From NCBI GenBank assembly GCA_050633305.1, contig JBOEGF010000043.1, positions 254,725 through 318,724 on the forward strand: DNA of 64,000 nt, written 5' to 3'. Below the pieces are notes generated by a model, which searched no databases, was not told where the DNA came from, and worked only from the letters and a program-made list of their open reading frames with translations. Below, piece by piece: positions 46,157 to 56,274 of this stretch; position 1 is the first letter of the stretch, and each line of letters opens with the position of its first letter. A program made the position numbers and the translations under genes. Source of the DNA: Nannocystales bacterium. GTDB lineage: Bacteria > Myxococcota_A > Polyangia > Nannocystales > Nannocystaceae.

Positions 46157-46606
46157 CTACCCGCCAGTGGAGGGCACACCGTAGTCGGGCCCCAGTCCGG
46201 TACTTCCGGTCTCGCCCGTCGTGCCGCGAGTCGAAGTCCCCGAGTCTGTTCCGCCATCGGAGCTGCTGCTGCCACCCGTCGAGCTCGACGAGGTGCTGAA
46301 CTCTCCCGTGGCAGGACCGCCGTACAGCGCCGAGGTGGTGACATCCGTTGGGTCGGAGGTGCTGTCGGAGCTGGTGGTCGCTGGGTCGGTGGTGCCGCTG
46401 CTACTCGCGCTCGTCCCCGCTGTGTCGTTGGGGTCGTCGTCCGATGGACACGCCGTGAGCGCAAGCCCCATCAGCACCGCACCCGCCGTTCGACCCAGGA
46501 CCTGGCCACCGCTGTCGCGAACGTGAGCGCCGCAGTGGGGGCAACGTGAGTCTGACGTGTGCACGTATTCGGCGCACGACGGGCAAGCGACGAGTTTTCC
46601 AGCCAT
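46157..46606 (-). CDS. Small protein: N-terminal zinc ribbon, lipobox-like segment, S/T/G-rich tail with YGxP motifs
   Basis: CPSC...CPHC, GLALTAC, LYGGP and DYGVP. Confidence 0.75.
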   Translation of the reverse strand: MAGKLVACPSCAEYVHTSDSRCPHCGAHVRDSGGQVLGRTAGAVLMGLALTACPSDDDPNDTAGTSASSSGTTDPATTSSDSTSDPTDVTTSALYGGPATGEFSTSSSSTGGSSSSDGGTDSGTSTRGTTGETGSTGLGPDYGVPSTGG

Positions 46607-46656
46607 ACGAAGACGGTGGCATGACCGTGGCTAGGCGGACAAGACCGGAACCGATT

Positions 46657-47541
46657 TCATTCGTGCTGAACCAGGGAGCCGCGACGGGACCACGGAAGGT
46701 AGCGGGTTACCGCGCGGCCCTCGATACTCGCCAACGGGACCGGACCAAACGTTCGACTGTCGGCGGACGCTTGGCGATTGTCGCCAACGAGCAAGACGTG
46801 TCCTGGGGGGACCTCGAACGGAGCGGCGGCTGGAGAGTCGCTCTGGACCTCACCGTCCATCACGTAGACCTCGTACTGCACGCCCTGCGGGGTGGTCTCG
46901 AGCCAACACTGGTGGCGAGGGGAGTTCGACGTGCAGGGGGCCCATTGCATCGGCGTGCCGTTGACGGTCGGCGGTTGCCGAGCTGGAAACGTGAGCGTTT
47001 CGCCGGGCAAGCCGAGCACCCGTTTGACGTGCCTTGTAGATGGCTCTGTGGGCGGGGGAAACACCACCAGGTCGCCGCGCTCGGCCTCCCGATCGCGAGG
47101 TTGAAGCTTGGCCACCGTGAAGTCGTCTCCGGGGTGGAGGGTGGGCAGCATCGACCTGCTGGCGACCGAGAACGACTCGAACGCGTACGTCTCCATCGTG
47201 TATCGACCGAGCATGCCGAAGCCCAGACTCACAGCGGCAAAACAAAGGTAGCCGAGCGTGGATTGTCCCCGGAGGGCGCGGTGCTCACCCGTACGGACCG
47301 CCCACACCGCGTGACCTGCTGACCCTAGACGCAGGATCCAAGCTCCGACCACAACTCCCCAGATCCCGGCGTGGACCCCAAGCCACGCACACGCGAAGAC
47401 GCAAGCGGGCAGGGCGAGAGCGAGTGCGAGCACAAATGCGACGGCGACACGCATCCGTCCCGCGTACCAATGGCCGAGACCCGGGACGAGCAGACCGAGC
47501 ACGAACGCGACTGCTGTGGAGCGTGGTTGGGGCTCGACCAT
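46657..47541 (-). CDS. lepB: Signal peptidase I
   Basis: N-terminal TM helices, SMLPTL..GD, VKRV.GLPGE, GDNR..S.DSR.FG. Confidence 0.9.
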   Translation of the reverse strand: MVEPQPRSTAVAFVLGLLVPGLGHWYAGRMRVAVAFVLALALALPACVFACAWLGVHAGIWGVVVGAWILRLGSAGHAVWAVRTGEHRALRGQSTLGYLCFAAVSLGFGMLGRYTMETYAFESFSVASRSMLPTLHPGDDFTVAKLQPRDREAERGDLVVFPPPTEPSTRHVKRVLGLPGETLTFPARQPPTVNGTPMQWAPCTSNSPRHQCWLETTPQGVQYEVYVMDGEVQSDSPAAAPFEVPPGHVLLVGDNRQASADSRTFGPVPLASIEGRAVTRYLPWSRRGSLVQHE

Positions 47542-47639
47542 GCGCGGACCGTAGAACAACGGAACGGGCCGAACAACGAGGCTTCGACGTCAGCGACAGG
47601 TCGACCCCGGGTTTCGGCGGAAAGCGTAGGCGCGGCGAT

Positions 47640-48059
47640 TCAACCCGGGGTTGGATGGCCCTCGAACTGCTGCGCGTTGTCACCGATCACGTACCAGGAA
47701 GGCTTCTCGGCGACGAACTCGTGGAAACGGTTCTCGATCTCGAGATCGGAGTCGAGCGCGTTGGCAGAGATCGGGAACGTCTCCTCCTCGGACAGGATCT
47801 CTCCGAGCGATGTGCCGCAGGTCTTGCAGAAACATCGGGCGTATTTGTGCGGAGCGGCCGGTTTGAACACCGTGACATTCTCGCGACCCTGAACCCACCG
47901 GATGTCGGCTCGTCTTACGAATGCAATCGCGCTCGCGCCCACTTTGCGGCACCTCGAACAGTGGCAAGTCCCCAGCATCGAGGGGGGCGCCAGCAGCTCG
48001 AACTGGACAGCGCCGCAGCAACAACTCCCGCTCATGGTCGGTTCGCTCTTCTCTTGCAT
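47640..48059 (-). CDS. GFA-family protein
   Basis: GSCCCGAV, CHCSRCRK, RCFCKTCGT. Confidence 0.9.
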   Translation of the reverse strand: MQEKSEPTMSGSCCCGAVQFELLAPPSMLGTCHCSRCRKVGASAIAFVRRADIRWVQGRENVTVFKPAAPHKYARCFCKTCGTSLGEILSEEETFPISANALDSDLEIENRFHEFVAEKPSWYVIGDNAQQFEGHPTPG

Positions 48060-48222
48060 ACGATTCGTGCGTTCAGTATCAACGGTCGACGTGAACATCA
48101 AGGGGCACGTTTCCCAAACTCTGGCTGCCACCCACGGCGCCAGACAGGATCCGAAGTCGCTGCGAATCGTTGCGCGCGAGCCTCACCGACCCCCCACAAC
48201 CAGGGATCGTGCGCGTTGCGGC

Positions 48223-49638
48223 TCAGCCGGGCGGGTTGGTGACGCTCTTGAGCTGTCCGCCGGTCATGTCGCTGTAGACGTAGTGGTTTCCTGGAACGAG
48301 GACCTGCTCCATCGCGGGGACGTTGTTCGGGTCGATCTTCCACGCCCAGCCGGCTTGGTCGACGAGCCAAACATAGCCGTCCACGTCGACGCTGACGCCG
48401 ATCGGTGTGGAGCACTGGGCGAGTGGGTGCCTCGCGATCAGGGTGCGGGTCTCGCCGTCGATCTCGACGAGCTCACACGGACTGTTGGAGGCGACCCAGA
48501 CGTGGAAGTCCTGGTCGACAGCCATCCCGCGGTGACAGGCCGACGTGTCTGGAATGGATACCCAACTCGCGGTGGCGACATCGTACGTCGAGACCGGCCC
48601 CGAGCACCCGGCCATCCAGGGATCCCCGTTCGGATCAACGGTCATCCCGTAGGACTGGATGTTGGCCGGTTGGGTGATCCGGGTGACGTCGATCGGGTCG
48701 TTGTCTGTATTGACCCGAACCAGCTCGCCGCGCAGGCCCGTGAACCATGGCCGGTCTTGAGGGTCGAGAGCCCCACCGTACGGCGCGTACCCGTTGCCCA
48801 CCCAGCCCGCGACGGTCAGGTCCTCTTCGAGAGTGCCACTGGTGCCATCGAGCCGAATGAGATGCGCGTTGCCGGCAGCTGCGAGGTATCCCAGCCAGAC
48901 CTTCTGGTTGATGAACGAGCACGTTGCCTCGTTCCAGTCGCCGATCGTCCATGTGATCCCGCGTGGGCCGGCCTGTGCCGAGCCGCCCCAGTCGGCGTGC
49001 ACCGTCGTCCACACCACACACTCGTCGGTGTCCCAGGCGAGAATGTCGGTCGCGTTCTGCGACGTGGTGATGACGCCGTCCATGTTGCGGTCGACGCAGT
49101 CTGCGATGTTGGCCGCGACCGCGGTTGAACGCCCGGTTCCGCGAGAGTTCACCACCACGTAGCGACCGTCGCCGGAGACGGCCGTTCGCGAGGCGCTCTC
49201 TGTACCGCCGCTGGGACCGATGTTGTAGCGGGCAACCTCGACCATCGTACGGGTGTCGATCTTGGCCACCGTGCCGTCGGTCGTCCCCGGGACCCAGATG
49301 AAGCTCTCGTCGACCTCGACATCACCGCCAGCCCCACAGCCCCCGGGGACATCGAGCACGCCGCCCACGTCGAACTTTGGCGTATCGTCGGTCGTCGAGT
49401 TTGCGGAGTCCGACGAGTTGGAGTCGGTGCCGTCGGCGTTGGAGTCGTCGGCGTTGGAGTCGGAGGCGTCGGTGTCCGTTCCGCTCATGCTGCCGGAGTT
49501 CGACAGCGTCCCGAGCGTCAAACCTCCGTCCTCAGACGCAGCGTCGCTCGGCGAGGAAGCACCGCAGCCCGCAAGCGCAACGGCGGCGAGCAGGAAGGAT
49601 GCTCGAAGGGGGACGCGGTGGGTGAGGGGCATCCGCAT
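48223..49638 (-). CDS. Lipoprotein with Vgb-like beta-propeller
   Basis: LAGC lipobox, D/S/T linker, PKFDVG, SRTAVS.DG, YVYSDMTG. Confidence 0.8.
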   Translation of the reverse strand: MRMPLTHRVPLRASFLLAAVALAGCGASSPSDAASEDGGLTLGTLSNSGSMSGTDTDASDSNADDSNADGTDSNSSDSANSTTDDTPKFDVGGVLDVPGGCGAGGDVEVDESFIWVPGTTDGTVAKIDTRTMVEVARYNIGPSGGTESASRTAVSGDGRYVVVNSRGTGRSTAVAANIADCVDRNMDGVITTSQNATDILAWDTDECVVWTTVHADWGGSAQAGPRGITWTIGDWNEATCSFINQKVWLGYLAAAGNAHLIRLDGTSGTLEEDLTVAGWVGNGYAPYGGALDPQDRPWFTGLRGELVRVNTDNDPIDVTRITQPANIQSYGMTVDPNGDPWMAGCSGPVSTYDVATASWVSIPDTSACHRGMAVDQDFHVWVASNSPCELVEIDGETRTLIARHPLAQCSTPIGVSVDVDGYVWLVDQAGWAWKIDPNNVPAMEQVLVPGNHYVYSDMTGGQLKSVTNPPG

Positions 49639-49844
49639 GGCTCCTGTAATTTCGCTCATTGGGGGCGTTCGACACAAGTCGGGGCTGGAGACGAACTGGT
49701 CGTCGGCCGGAACCTGCGGCTTGCCCTGACCGATTGCGCTTCAGCGCGCCGCGTCGGGTGCGCGACTCCCGTCGTGCTTGCGCGCGAACCATGTCGACGT
49801 TTCGAACGATGGGCATCGCGCTCGTCGGTTTTGTTCCAGTCGGT

Positions 49845-50231
49845 TCACTCGGACACAGGCGTGCTCTGTCCGGCCCAAACCCGCCACGTCCCCGGGGCCG
49901 CACGTCGCCATACGCGAATGAACCTGAAGTTGTCCTCCGAGGTTGTCCCTCCCGCCGAAGCGCGGATTCGTGCGTTGACAGTGGTCACCGCAACGTCCCC
50001 CTCGTGGCGCACGTTCAGACCCGTCAGCGTCACCGCATGGATTGTGAACGCGCCGGATCGGTGTGCATGCAGGTCGTCCGACTTCGAAATGACGCGTCCG
50101 TCATGGGTGGTGAAGGTCAGGTCCGCGGCGAGCAACTCGTCAAGCGCCGCGACATCCGAAGCCTGCATCGCCAGGCGAAGCCGCTCCTCGTGCTCGAGGA
50201 CCTGTTGGGTGTCCGAGGTTGGCGCTTGCAC
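49845..50231 (-). CDS. DUF4440 / NTF2-like protein
   Basis: E.RL..AM...DV..LD.LLA.DL, FIRVW. Confidence 0.85.
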   Translation of the reverse strand: MQAPTSDTQQVLEHEERLRLAMQASDVAALDELLAADLTFTTHDGRVISKSDDLHAHRSGAFTIHAVTLTGLNVRHEGDVAVTTVNARIRASAGGTTSEDNFRFIRVWRRAAPGTWRVWAGQSTPVSE

Positions 50232-50389
50232 CCTCGCACCGTAGCCGAATTCTGTGGCCTGGCATCACTGCGTTGGCGGCGAACGACTCTCGTCGCTGTG
50301 TGCAGGGGACCCGTTTGAGAACACCGGTGGACTGTTGACGCGCTCGTTTCGAGACGGAGTCCACCGGCGCCGGGTGAAGACGGTTGACC

Positions 50390-50962
50390 TCAGAGCTGGC
50401 AGGTGAGGGCGAAGTGCGAGAGGGCACCCGCGCATGTTTGTGCAGGGCCAGCATCCGAGGCGCAGGGCGCTGTGGCCAGGCAGAGCAGTTTGCCGAGCAG
50501 TGCCGCCTGACAGTCTTCACCCGCATCCAGGTCGAGTGCAGCTTCGCAGGACGCCGCAGCGAGCTCGAGCGTCCCGTGTTGCGTCGGGTCGCAGGCGAAG
50601 GACTGTGTCGCGATTGCGCTACAGACCGCTGCGTGTGGGATGCCCGGCTCACACTCCGCCGGGTCGTCAGGGGGCACGCCGGTCTCTCCGCCCGTTGTCG
50701 ACCCGTCGGGCGGAGCCTCCCCCGTCGATGTCACGCCGTCCGACGACTCCGTGCCGTGCCCAGAGCTTCCACTCGTGCCTGGGAACGCCGTGCTCGAGCC
50801 CCACGCATCGTCGTACCCATCTGTTCCGCCATCGCTCCACGCGGTGCCTTGCACCTCGTCGAGACCGCTCGTTGATGTTTGGTCGATGCCACATCCCGCC
50901 ACGACGACGGTGAGCAACGCAGCGGTAGAGGAGAGTCGGAGACGGTTGAACGTGTTGTCCAT
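50390..50962 (-). CDS. Hypothetical Cys-containing lipoprotein
   Basis: VAGC lipobox, S/T/G linker, Cys-spaced helical C-terminus. Confidence 0.7.
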   Translation of the reverse strand: MDNTFNRLRLSSTAALLTVVVAGCGIDQTSTSGLDEVQGTAWSDGGTDGYDDAWGSSTAFPGTSGSSGHGTESSDGVTSTGEAPPDGSTTGGETGVPPDDPAECEPGIPHAAVCSAIATQSFACDPTQHGTLELAAASCEAALDLDAGEDCQAALLGKLLCLATAPCASDAGPAQTCAGALSHFALTCQL

Positions 50963-51101
50963 ATTCGCCCAACGCAACAACCGCGCGGTCGCTTTCACGG
51001 ATTCGTCACAATCCAGCCGTTCCTAAGAATCCGCGGCCCTGTCTCCTTCGAGTGGCCAGCCCCAATCCTCCGTGCCTCGTGCGTTGAGGGACGTCCAGCG
51101 C

Positions 51102-51824
51102 TCACGGAGTGGGGGCTCGGCTCAGCAGCTGTTTGAATCTCGTGAGCAGAACCTTTGGTATCGCTCCGACCTCTCGCGGAGTCACGCTGGCCCGGGCCAT
51201 CGCCCGTTTGGCGCTCTTGCGGGTCTCGGGTGCGGCCTTGTGCATGTGTCCGCTGTCGAACGGCGGGCGGGGATCGTACTCAATCATGAGCTGAGCCCGC
51301 TTGGCTCGCTCGTCGCCTTCGAGCTCGGCGAACAACGTCAACGCCAAGTCGATCCCCGCAGACACCCCGGCAGCGGTGAAGATCTTTCCTTCTCGGACCA
51401 CACGGGCGTCCGGCCGTGGCGTCACCCCGAACGTCGACAACAAGGGCATTCCGGCCCAATGCGTCGTTGCCGAGAGACCGCTCAACAGGCCCGCCGCGGC
51501 CAGGACGAGCGCCCCGGAGCACACCGAGGTGGTGAAGGTCGTCCGTGGATGCACCTCACGCAACCATTGGGTCGTCTCGGTATCCGCCATGCGTTGGGCG
51601 GTCGCGTGAGAGGAACCTGGCACCAGGACGACATCGGGCGACGGTGTCTCCGCGAACGTATGCGTTGCGCCGAGCACCAACGCTGCGCTGTCGGTCACGA
51701 TGGGCCCGACCTCATTCGACACGAACCGAAGCTCTCGCCCTTCGAGCAGATTGAGCAGCTCGTAGGGGCCGACGGCGTCGAGCGCCGTCATCCCGGGGTA
51801 GACCACGATTGCGACTTGGGTCAT
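51102..51824 (-). CDS. DJ-1/PfpI family protein (isonitrile hydratase-like)
   Basis: TALDAVGP, SVCSG, ATTHW, AGVSAGID, EYDP.PPF. Confidence 0.92.
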   Translation of the reverse strand: MTQVAIVVYPGMTALDAVGPYELLNLLEGRELRFVSNEVGPIVTDSAALVLGATHTFAETPSPDVVLVPGSSHATAQRMADTETTQWLREVHPRTTFTTSVCSGALVLAAAGLLSGLSATTHWAGMPLLSTFGVTPRPDARVVREGKIFTAAGVSAGIDLALTLFAELEGDERAKRAQLMIEYDPRPPFDSGHMHKAAPETRKSAKRAMARASVTPREVGAIPKVLLTRFKQLLSRAPTP

Positions 51825-51872
51825 CGGAAACTCAGGGTGGACCGTCGGACGCAGTGGCGGTATGACAAAAAC

Positions 51873-52841
51873 ATGTCGATTTCTGCCAAAGACCGGCAGG
51901 TCGTCATCCTGGTGCATCCTCAGGTTGAGCTCCTCGATGTCGCCGGACCCGCCAATGTGCTCTCCACGGCGTCCCGGCTGTCGCCAGGGTCTTCCGGCTA
52001 CCGCGTTCGGCTCTACGCCGCCGCTGCCGGGCCGGTCCCAACCGCCGCGGGCGTCGACGTCGTGGCCCGCGGTTGGTCACATCTCCGGGGCCCGATCGAC
52101 ACGTTGGTTGTTCCGGGAACCGTGCAGATAGGTCATGCCGACGCGCAAGCCCTCGTGCCCGTCATTCGCCGACTTGCGCCCCGAGCTCGGCGGGTTGTCG
52201 GCGTATGCACCGGTGCACTTCTGCTTGCGGACGCCGGACTCCTCGCTGGGCGTCGCGCCGTGACCCACTGGGCAGCTTGCGGTGAACTCCAGCGACGCGA
52301 CCCCACGTGTCTCGTCGAGCCGGACCCGATCTTCATTCACGACGAGAACATCTGGACCTCGGCGGGCATCACCGCGGGCATGGACCTCGCGCTCGCGCTC
52401 GTCGAGGAAGACTTCAACGCGGACCGTGCGTTGCAGGTCGCACGATGGCAGGTCATGTACCTTCGACGGCCGGGGGGGCAATCCCAGTTCACCCCACCCG
52501 AACCCGCGAAGGGAGCACCGCACGGGATGCAGGCGCTCGTGCAGTGGATCGGTGAGCACCTCGAGCAGCGTCTCACCGTTCCCGCGCTGGCCCGTCATGC
52601 CGCGATGAGCCCGCGGAACTTCGCGCGTGCGTTCCGGCGACACACCGGTCGAACCCCGGCGGCCTGGGTGAGTCAGGCTCGACTCCAAGCCGCCCGCACC
52701 TTACTCGAGCGTACGACGGACTCGGTCGCCAGCATCGCAGCTGCCACAGGCCAGTCTCCAGAATCGTTGCACCGCCGATTCGTTCGCGAACTCGGGAGCA
52801 CCCCGCGGCAGTACCGGACCCGGTTCACGGGAGGATGCTGA
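51873..52841 (+). CDS. GlxA/FtrA-family AraC regulator with DJ-1 domain
   Basis: LDVAGP, VCTGA, THW, TSAG.TAG.D, R.GGQSQF, MSPRNF.R.F; divergent from the DJ-1 gene. Confidence 0.92.
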   Translation: MSISAKDRQVVILVHPQVELLDVAGPANVLSTASRLSPGSSGYRVRLYAAAAGPVPTAAGVDVVARGWSHLRGPIDTLVVPGTVQIGHADAQALVPVIRRLAPRARRVVGVCTGALLLADAGLLAGRRAVTHWAACGELQRRDPTCLVEPDPIFIHDENIWTSAGITAGMDLALALVEEDFNADRALQVARWQVMYLRRPGGQSQFTPPEPAKGAPHGMQALVQWIGEHLEQRLTVPALARHAAMSPRNFARAFRRHTGRTPAAWVSQARLQAARTLLERTTDSVASIAAATGQSPESLHRRFVRELGSTPRQYRTRFTGGC

Positions 52842-52963
52842 CGCGGTCGGGAGCACTCATCGAACCGCGACGTTGCACAACGGCGACGGCTGGGTCGGTC
52901 GGTGACTTGACCCAGGCAGGCGTCGAGAAACGTCGCGCGGTGTTGTTCGCCCGATATGGTTGG

Positions 52964-53176
52964 TCAGCTCGCTGGGACGCAGACCCCTTTGACCTCGACG
53001 TAGCCGGGGTCGCAGCGGCAGTGCCCGTCGTGCATCTCGCCGAACTCACCACACTCGACCTGGTCGCCTGTGCCGCCACCGCTCTCATCGCCGGAGTCGC
53101 CATCGTCGCAGCCGGGGGAGAGCACCAGAAGGGCCAACGACAGAAGGGAAGAAGGGGGGAGCCTGAGAGCTTTCAT
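52964..53176 (-). CDS. 70-aa lipoprotein with EGF-like Cys motif
   Basis: SPGC lipobox; CGEFGEMHDGHCRCDPGY.....C. Confidence 0.7.
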   Translation of the reverse strand: MKALRLPPSSLLSLALLVLSPGCDDGDSGDESGGGTGDQVECGEFGEMHDGHCRCDPGYVEVKGVCVPAS

Positions 53177-53217
53177 GGTTGTTTCGTCCTCGCCGTCGCT
53201 TGGGCGGCGCGGTCGAG

Positions 53218-53245
53218 TTGTGACTCAGTTGCAGGTTGATTGCAA
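53218..53245. promoter_or_regulatory. Candidate Fur-family operator (TGCAA-N5-TTGCA-like), two overlapping copies
   Basis: ttgcaggttgattgcaa (53229-53245) and ttgtgactcagttgcag (53218-53234), upstream of the small lipoprotein. Confidence 0.5.
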
Positions 53246-53304
53246 AATGGGGCTCCCCCGGGGTTGGGGAGCGAATACTCGCGGCGCCACCCGCAGAGGA
53301 GGTT

Positions 53305-54096
53305 TCAGCCCCGCCGTCTACGAGCATGGCCGACGAGACTCGTGATCTTGGAAGCCTCCATCCGGTACAGGCTCACAACGTGGCCGCCTTCTCTGTGTTC
53401 GCCCACGGAGAACTCGCCGAACACCGCGAGAGGAGTGTCGTTCGCATACGGCGCGCGTTGGCCCCCCTTCATCCGGACGAGAATCATCTCATTGAGGGAT
53501 GGCGTGATCCCGTAGCAGCAGAACGAGCGATTCTGGGACAGGACGAACTCCTTGACGCCTCGCTCGTCGACATCGAGGGGGACCATGAATCCCACGACGT
53601 TCACGTCACGGCCGCCGAGGGCAAGGAGTTCGGGGGGGATGTCGGCCGCTGGGGCCGGGATCCCGAGTTCGGCGGCGCCTGGAGGGTGCGGCACGGGGTC
53701 GTACGGAAAACTCGCGAGCGCCGCCATCGGTACCCGGACGTACTTGCCGTCGCTCGTATGCTCGAAGGTCAGCGTCCCGTTCGTTCGGCTGGCGACAGCG
53801 TCGAGCTGTGCCGCCAGCTCGAACGACGCTTCGGGGATCACGGCCCGTGCCTCGCTCGGACCTCCGAAACGCCCGTCCTGGCGGGGTGCGGGACTGGAGC
53901 CCATGGCGTCCAATCGGGCGCCGCGGACCTCCGTCGGCGGCGGTGAATCGATCGGGGCGGACGTCTGGACCCGTTTCTGCACGGACTCCCTCACGACGGG
54001 CCCGAGAACGGCCAGAGCGAGGCCTGACACGCCGACGAGGATCGCGGTCCCAGGCGCCCAGGGGCGGCGCCGCTTCGGCGAGGAGTATGGCTTCAT
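53305..54096 (-). CDS. DUF3299 domain protein
   Basis: L.G..V...GF.VPL, EF.L......CC.G..P..N..I.V, G.F.V......LY.M.A. Confidence 0.8.
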   Translation of the reverse strand: MKPYSSPKRRRPWAPGTAILVGVSGLALAVLGPVVRESVQKRVQTSAPIDSPPPTEVRGARLDAMGSSPAPRQDGRFGGPSEARAVIPEASFELAAQLDAVASRTNGTLTFEHTSDGKYVRVPMAALASFPYDPVPHPPGAAELGIPAPAADIPPELLALGGRDVNVVGFMVPLDVDERGVKEFVLSQNRSFCCYGITPSLNEMILVRMKGGQRAPYANDTPLAVFGEFSVGEHREGGHVVSLYRMEASKITSLVGHARRRRG

Positions 54097-54105
54097 CGCA
54101 CCTCG

Positions 54106-55371
54106 CTACGACTGGGGCTTGAGGTGGCTCGCGACGTCGGTGGAGTAGGCCTTCGCCGCCGGAGCGAGGCCTGCCAGCGCTCCGAGGCAGGCCATGCAGA
54201 TCGGCGTCCAGACGTGAGCGGGATGGAACGTCCAGACACGGAGTACGACGCCGGTTTGTTCTCGGATGACGGCCGCCGCGATGACGAGTAGAGCCGCGTA
54301 GACGGCGAACCCGAGGAGTGCGCCAACGAATGCGATCGTGCTCGACTCGACCACGATCGCGGTGAACAAGAACGGGCGGCTCGCACCGAGCGACCGAAGG
54401 ATCGCGATCTCGCGACGACGTGCGTTGATCGTGTTGTACAGCGAGGCGAAGATCGCTCCCGAGGAGACCAGGACGACCAGGTAGGCGACGAACTCGAGAA
54501 CGCGGTTCGCCCAGCCGAACGTCTCGAAAAGGTCCGCCATCACGCGACCAATGGGGAAGGCGAGTGTCGCGTCCTTGCCATCGCGATTGATCGCCCGATC
54601 GAGGGCGAACCCCGCCATGGGGCTGCGGAACTTCAGCATCACCGCACTCACCTCCTTGTGTTGGTCTGGGATGGCTTGATGGGGATGGGCCTCGAACTCC
54701 TCGCCGCCGCCGCGCAACACGTGACCACCCATCCGGAAGATGCCTTCGATCGGAATCCAGATGACGCGGTCGGAAGGCGTGTTGGTGGGCTGCAGAACGC
54801 CCGTCACCACGAACGCCTCGTCATGGGAGACCTCGCTGTGCTCTCCCACGCCGTGCGAGGGGGAAAACGTACTTCCCACCGTCAGCCCCGTCCGCTGTGC
54901 AACGTAGCTTCCCAGCACGGCTTCGGCGCGTTCGGGGTCGAAGGTACGCCCGCCGTCTTCGACCTCGAATCGCTCGCCGTCGCGATACTCAAACTCCACG
55001 AAGAGTGCTTCCGTCGTGCCGACCACACGAAAGCCCTCGTAGCTGTCGCCCGTGCTGTAGGGGATCGCCAACTTGACCCGCGGATCGCGGGCGAGCTCCT
55101 CGTAGAGGGACCAGGGGACGTTCCCTTGTGAGGTCTCCAGATGGAAGACCGAGTTGAGCACGAGTTGCAGCTGGCTTCCCCGTGCTCCAACCGCGGCGTC
55201 GAAGCCGACGGGCCCCCCGGTAAAGGCCGCGAACGCCTGGGCCTGAATGCTGAATACCGACAGCACGAGGCCAGCCGCCAGTGCAGTCGCCACCACCGTA
55301 ATGGCAGTGGAGACCGCATGCTGTCGGAGACTCCTGCGTACGATGAGGACGACCGCGGACAGGAGGTTCAT
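54106..55371 (-). CDS. ABC transporter permease, MacB/FtsX type, with His-rich loops
   Basis: VGARGS.LQL.LN.VFH, GDSY.GFRVVGT, SHGVGEHSEVSH, RRREIAILRSLGA. Confidence 0.9.
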   Translation of the reverse strand: MNLLSAVVLIVRRSLRQHAVSTAITVVATALAAGLVLSVFSIQAQAFAAFTGGPVGFDAAVGARGSQLQLVLNSVFHLETSQGNVPWSLYEELARDPRVKLAIPYSTGDSYEGFRVVGTTEALFVEFEYRDGERFEVEDGGRTFDPERAEAVLGSYVAQRTGLTVGSTFSPSHGVGEHSEVSHDEAFVVTGVLQPTNTPSDRVIWIPIEGIFRMGGHVLRGGGEEFEAHPHQAIPDQHKEVSAVMLKFRSPMAGFALDRAINRDGKDATLAFPIGRVMADLFETFGWANRVLEFVAYLVVLVSSGAIFASLYNTINARRREIAILRSLGASRPFLFTAIVVESSTIAFVGALLGFAVYAALLVIAAAVIREQTGVVLRVWTFHPAHVWTPICMACLGALAGLAPAAKAYSTDVASHLKPQS

Positions 55372-56060
55372 GCGGCCGCCTCTGCTGCGGCGCGATTGAT
55401 CTCCTCGAAGTCGCGGACCGACTCGAACTGGGCGAGCATGTCGCGGTCGTGACTGACCACGACAAGTGCGGAGTCCAGCTCGAGGCAGAGTTCTCGAATC
55501 AGCGACATCGTTTCGGCTGCGCGTCGGGAATCCAGGTTTCCCGTCGGTTCATCGGCGAGCACGACTTTCGGTCGGCCGGCGAGTGCACGGGCCACCGCGA
55601 CCCTTTGTTGCTGTCCTACCGAGAGCTCGTGCGGGCGATGCTTCAGCCGAGCGCCCAGCCCTACGTGTCGCAGCAGCTCGCGGGCAAAGCGTTCGTCAAC
55701 GCCCTGGCCGAACATCATGCCCATCCGCACGTTCTCGAGCGCCGAGTATCCCTGCAGGAGATTGAACGTCTGAAAGACGCAGCCGATGGTCTCCGCCCGC
55801 GCGCGATCGCGTGCGGACTGTCTGAGCCGGGTGAACTCGTGCTGCGCGACGCGGACCGTTCCCGCGTCCGCTTCGAGGATCCCGGCCAAGAGGTGCACAA
55901 AGGTGCTCTTCCCTGAGCCGCTCGCACCGCGAATCGCGAGTTGCTCACCCGGAGCGAGCGCGAACCTCGGGACATCGACGACAATCCTCGCCGGTCCCTC
56001 CGGCGTTCGATACCGCTTGAGGAGGGAGGAAACCTCCAGTGTACGGACCGGCGTGGACAA
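55368..56060 (-). CDS. ABC transporter ATP-binding protein
   Basis: GASGSGKST, LSVGQQQRV, LADEPTG, H-loop SHD. Confidence 0.95.
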   Translation of the reverse strand: MSTPVRTLEVSSLLKRYRTPEGPARIVVDVPRFALAPGEQLAIRGASGSGKSTFVHLLAGILEADAGTVRVAQHEFTRLRQSARDRARAETIGCVFQTFNLLQGYSALENVRMGMMFGQGVDERFARELLRHVGLGARLKHRPHELSVGQQQRVAVARALAGRPKVVLADEPTGNLDSRRAAETMSLIRELCLELDSALVVVSHDRDMLAQFESVRDFEEINRAAAEAAA

Positions 56061-56257
56061 CGGCCCGGCTACCCTGACTTGGTGTGCCCCAGGTGGGGTT
56101 GCGGCGCCGGGTTGTTATTCCGCAAGCGTGCCGCGCGGCTCCCTCGGCTGCTCGTCGTGCAGGAGGCGTGACCGACACATCCACTCAAGGCGTGTCGAAC
56201 TGTCATGCGCGCTCGCTTGTTCGCCACGCTGAGGAAGCTACGCCCCACCGGATCAAA

Positions 56258-56274
56258 ATGCAAGTGATTTGCAT
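56258..56274. promoter_or_regulatory. Palindromic operator ATGCAA-N5-TTGCAT, candidate Zur/Fur/Mur box
   Basis: Perfect 6-5-6 inverted repeat in an AT-rich patch about 200 bp upstream of the ABC operon. Confidence 0.6.
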
